From Coleofasciculus chthonoplastes F2-STO-03 (GTDB taxonomy: Bacteria > Cyanobacteriota > Cyanobacteriia > Cyanobacteriales > Coleofasciculaceae): a stretch of DNA of 64,000 nt. The stretch lies in NCBI GenBank assembly GCA_040222015.1, contig JAVJWO010000178.1, positions 32,001 through 96,000 of the forward strand. The letters are read 5' to 3'. Below the pieces are notes generated by a model that was not told the origin of the DNA, searched no databases, and saw nothing but the letters and a program-made list of their open reading frames with translations. The translations under genes and the position numbers were made by a program. This document shows positions 60,341-64,000 of the stretch, piece after piece (the first letter of the stretch is position 1; the number at the start of each line of letters is the position of its first letter).

Positions 60341-60751
60341 ATGACATCCATTTCCTCTGAAAAAGCCCAAACGGTTCACTATCCAGAGCGCACCATTAAA
60401 CGCGCAGAACTTGCGTTGCGCTGTTTGCCCTTCCAGTTAACCTTGTATAAGAAGATGCGTTCAACCAGCGTTTCCCTACTCGCGATCGCGACGCAAAAAG
60501 GGATAGAACAGGGCTATACTAAAAGTCCCTTATCCGAGTTAGCCGCCCAACGTGATTTAATGTGGTTGATTCAAGTCGGTGTTTTGCGACGAGAAGTTGA
60601 TGGTCAAGGCATTACCGACAGTTTTCGTCTTACCCCCTTGGGTCGTCAACTGGTGGAAAAATGGGCAAGCCGAGGCGAGTCATTGCCCCCGCCATCCCTT
60701 TGGGATCGCATCGCTCACGCTTGGAACCGTTGGTTACGATTACCAATCTAA
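60341..60751 (+). CDS. Npun_F0494-family protein
   Basis: LMWLIQVGVLRREVDGQGITDSFRLTPLG. Confidence 0.85.
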   Translation: MTSISSEKAQTVHYPERTIKRAELALRCLPFQLTLYKKMRSTSVSLLAIATQKGIEQGYTKSPLSELAAQRDLMWLIQVGVLRREVDGQGITDSFRLTPLGRQLVEKWASRGESLPPPSLWDRIAHAWNRWLRLPI

Positions 60752-60812
60752 ATTCATAGTCTGAGGGTTGCTTCTATTCGTTCTGATTACCCGATAACTC
60801 TTAACCCGCTTT

Positions 60813-62309
60813 ATGAAATCGCTGATGGTGGTGGGAACAACCTCCCACGCAGGAAAATCGTTTATTGTTACCGCCTTGTGCCGTATTCTTTCCCGGCGCG
60901 GTTGGCGCGTGGCTCCCTTTAAGGGACAAAATATGGCGCTCAACGCCTATGTCACCCCCAATGGCGGCGAAATTGGACATGCTCAAGCTGTGCAAGCTTG
61001 GGCAGCTAATGTGAAGCCCTGTGTCGAAATGAACCCGATTTTACTTAAACCCCAGGGGGATATGACGTCTCAAGTCATTCTCATGGGTCAAGTGGCGGGT
61101 AAAGTCGGCGCGGCGGATTATTATGAACAGTACTTTGATCGGGGTTGGCAAGCGATTCAAGAGTCGCTGCGGCGTTTGAGTCATGAGTTTGATTTTGTCG
61201 TGTGTGAGGGTGCAGGGAGTCCAGCAGAAATTAATTTGAAGCACCGTGACTTAACCAATATGCGGGTAGCGAAGCATTTAAATGCACCAACGTTACTCGT
61301 AGTAGATATTGATCGCGGTGGCGCATTTGCTCATATTATCGGGACTCTAGAACTCTTGGAACCGGATGAGCGAGCTTTAATTAAGGGTGTGGTGATTAAT
61401 AAATTTAGAGGACAGCGATCACTGTTGGAATCGGGAATTACTTGGCTCGAAGAACGCACCGGAATTCCTGTTATTGGGGTGATTCCCTGGATTAATGAGA
61501 TCTTTCCTGCCGAAGACTCTTTGGCATTACTAGATCGCTACAATAAGAGAAAAAGGGATAGTGAATTAACGGTGGCGGTAATTCGTTTTCCCCGCATCTC
61601 TAACTTTACCGACTTTGACGCTCTAGAAGCTGAATCGACGGTCAGTGTCAAATATTTAACACCGAATCAATCCCTCGGCTATCCCGACGCCCTGATTTTG
61701 CCGGGGACAAAAACCACCATTAGCGACTTACTCATTTTGCACAAAACAGGCATGCTCGAAGAGATTAAAAACTATGCCGCTGCTGGGGGTACCGTTTTAG
61801 GGATTTGTGGTGGGTTTCAAATGCTGGGTCAAACCCTGCTTGATCCTGATGGTATTGAAGATGAACCGGGACAATATCAAGGATTAGGATTATTACCGAT
61901 CAAAACCATAATTACCGCCAGAAAAGTGGCACGTCAGCGCCTAGTCACCTCCAACTATCCTCAAGTCGGTTTACCTGTCGCTGGTTACGAAATCCATCAA
62001 GGGCGTTCTCGGCTGATTGACTCAGAAACTACGGATAATAAGTCTGCCTATCAACCCCTATTTGATGACCCCGGTTTAGGGTTAGTCGATATCACTCAAT
62101 CGATTTGGGGAACCTATCTCCATGGTTTATTTGATAATGGTCCCTGGCGACGGGCGTGGTTGAATCAACTGCGACATCAACGTGGACTTGCGTCTTTGCC
62201 AACGGGTATTCCGGACTATCGAGAGCAGCTCGAAGTGGTTTTGAATTCCTTAGCCGATAGCGTCGAGGCTCATTTAGATTTAAGCACTATTATTCCTAAG
62301 TTGGGGTGA
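60813..62309 (+). CDS. cobQ: Cobyric acid synthase
   Basis: VGTTSHAGKS, PFKGQNMALN, EGAGSPAEINL, GICGGFQMLG, GTYLHGLF. Confidence 0.97.
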   Translation: MKSLMVVGTTSHAGKSFIVTALCRILSRRGWRVAPFKGQNMALNAYVTPNGGEIGHAQAVQAWAANVKPCVEMNPILLKPQGDMTSQVILMGQVAGKVGAADYYEQYFDRGWQAIQESLRRLSHEFDFVVCEGAGSPAEINLKHRDLTNMRVAKHLNAPTLLVVDIDRGGAFAHIIGTLELLEPDERALIKGVVINKFRGQRSLLESGITWLEERTGIPVIGVIPWINEIFPAEDSLALLDRYNKRKRDSELTVAVIRFPRISNFTDFDALEAESTVSVKYLTPNQSLGYPDALILPGTKTTISDLLILHKTGMLEEIKNYAAAGGTVLGICGGFQMLGQTLLDPDGIEDEPGQYQGLGLLPIKTIITARKVARQRLVTSNYPQVGLPVAGYEIHQGRSRLIDSETTDNKSAYQPLFDDPGLGLVDITQSIWGTYLHGLFDNGPWRRAWLNQLRHQRGLASLPTGIPDYREQLEVVLNSLADSVEAHLDLSTIIPKLG

Positions 62310-62330
62310 GTTAATCACTAAAACCTGTTC

Positions 62331-62570
62331 ATGAGTGTTACCATTCGATTTTTACCCGATGATGTCACCATTAATGCAGAAGTAGGAGAACCTCTACTGC
62401 AAGTGGCTCAACGCGCTGGCGTTTTCATTCCCACAGGATGCCTCATGGGTTCCTGTCACGCTTGCGAGGTTGAAATTAACGACGGAGAAACGATTTGTGC
62501 CTGTATCTCGGCTGTCCCACCGGGTCAGGAACAGCTTACGATTAATCTCTATAGTGATCCATTTTGGTAA
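62331..62570 (+). CDS. Small 2Fe-2S ferredoxin-like protein
   Basis: IPTGCLMGSCHACEV...CACI. Confidence 0.9.
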   Translation: MSVTIRFLPDDVTINAEVGEPLLQVAQRAGVFIPTGCLMGSCHACEVEINDGETICACISAVPPGQEQLTINLYSDPFW

Positions 62571-62662
62571 GTTTTTGTCATTGGTCATTTGTCATTGGTC
62601 ATTTGTCATACTCAAGGTGTCATACTCAAGGTAACGAGAACTAATCTACGTCATTTGTTGGA

Positions 62663-64000
62663 TTAAGGACAAGCTGTTAGAGTTGTCAGATTGTCTAAAG
62701 AAAAAGAAGAAGATGACAACATAACCGAATTATTTGGGGTATTGTTGATATTAAGGTTTGCCAAATCGACAACCAAAAATGTCCCACCGGAATTATTTAA
62801 CTGGTACTTCGTACTGGATAAATCCTCTAAACTTGTATTATCCTGCAAGTTCAAGCAGAATGTGCTAGGAGGCGTTACAGTTACCTCTAAATCAATCGGG
62901 TTGCTGTTGGCTAGGGTGTTTCGTTGGATATCAGCGATTGTCCGGCTATCGTCAACAGCCAAGATGTAAATTCCTCGATCACCGCTATTTTCAATCGTAT
63001 TTTCAATTACCGTCAACTCAGAGTTGTTGTTATCATCCGCTGTCAGAAACAAGACTCCCTCTAAACCACTGTCTTTGATAATGTTCTGACTGAGGGTAAT
63101 CTGTTGAGTGCTACCGACAGCCGCTAAGATGTTAATCCCTTGCTGACCACTATTCGTAATCCTATTCTGTGTAACGGTTAACTGTTGCGTGCCACCATTG
63201 GCTGTCGCTAGATTAATACCCATTTGATTATTATCGTCGATCAGGTTGTTGCTAATCGTCCCATTTTCCAGTCGGGCATTGTTCTCCCCAAAGAAGCCAA
63301 TACGCAGGTCAATTCCTTCATCGCCATTCCCCCGGATAGTATTCTCTGAAATGAGCAGAGTATCAACAATTGCAGTATTATCCAAAGCCATAGCAATGCC
63401 ATCCCCTCGAACGGGTGAAACACCGCCATTATTTTCCAAGGTATTTCCGGTAATTGTCACAGTGTTAGCTACGGCATCTCCACTAAAGCTTAAGAGAATA
63501 GCATCGTTAAAATTATCGCTAATTTGATTATTATTAGAAATGCTTAGATCAACTTGTCCGGTTGTGTTGACAACCGCAATACCTTGTCCAGTTGGTACAA
63601 GATCACCATTGGGTAATTCAATGTCCCGATCTGAACCCGTATTGGTAATTGTATTATTTGCGATCGCGACGGTTCCAGTCACATTATTTAAGGCTATGCC
63701 TTGATTGGTTGCTTGACGAATTGTATTTCCCTGAAACGTCAAACCACCCAGATTTTGCCCAAAAATACCACTGTCTTGGGCATCGATAATCGTGAATCCG
63801 GAAATTGTGAATTGTCCGCTGGGTGAATCTGTCAGTTCAATGCCAAAATTTGGAGTAGTAATTTCACTGCCTTGATTCGCGGCAATTGTCACCGTCCCTG
63901 TGACATCATTTATTGAGATACCATGGGTATCATTAACGGGATCAAGAATTGTAATAGTGCTATCGGTTATCTCCACTGTACCCGTTACAGTGTCCAGAGA
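62663..64000 (-). CDS. Right-handed parallel beta-helix protein, 3' part (begins beyond the window)
   Basis: ..N.I......GI repeats; ends FCLNLQDN...ACP like the 26758 protein. Confidence 0.85.
   Translation of the reverse strand, partial: SLDTVTGTVEITDSTITILDPVNDTHGISINDVTGTVTIAANQGSEITTPNFGIELTDSPSGQFTISGFTIIDAQDSGIFGQNLGGLTFQGNTIRQATNQGIALNNVTGTVAIANNTITNTGSDRDIELPNGDLVPTGQGIAVVNTTGQVDLSISNNNQISDNFNDAILLSFSGDAVANTVTITGNTLENNGGVSPVRGDGIAMALDNTAIVDTLLISENTIRGNGDEGIDLRIGFFGENNARLENGTISNNLIDDNNQMGINLATANGGTQQLTVTQNRITNSGQQGINILAAVGSTQQITLSQNIIKDSGLEGVLFLTADDNNNSELTVIENTIENSGDRGIYILAVDDSRTIADIQRNTLANSNPIDLEVTVTPPSTFCLNLQDNTSLEDLSSTKYQLNNSGGTFLVVDLANLNINNTPNNSVMLSSSSFSLDNLTTLTACP

Overview
A 64-kb chromosomal segment from a filamentous cyanobacterium. 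Evidence: frequent HIP1 GCGATCGC octamers, heptamer STRR arrays, apcF, the fraCDE septal-junction operon and tftA; the overall style suggests a Coleofasciculus/Oscillatoriales-type organism (inference). Housekeeping genes include glnA (with a canonical NtcA promoter), apcF, aspC, cobO, cobQ, tsaB, miaE, PrxQ, two ABC systems, a CHASE2 adenylate cyclase and a Ser/Thr kinase. The most notable layer is a dense set of IS200/IS605 (OMEGA) elements: (i) an apparently intact TnpB element with inferable TTTAA TAM and guide, a MITE inside its left-end hairpin and a near self-target about 90 bp downstream; (ii) an IsrB (HNH-less IscB) element with its omegaRNA, inserted immediately before a host start codon whose ATGA appears to be the TAM; (iii) a broken tnpA/tnpB element; and (iv) three orphan tnpB right-end/omegaRNA remnants. 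Also present are an NLR-like NACHT protein with six near-identical 102-bp HEAT repeats carrying hypervariable codons, a 23-bp-phased array of CRP-like boxes, two barrel/beta-helix surface-protein paralogues, an OmpA-fused solute-binding protein, and several nested MITEs. No rRNA, tRNA or CRISPR array was recognised. All family assignments come from motif recognition by eye, not database searches.
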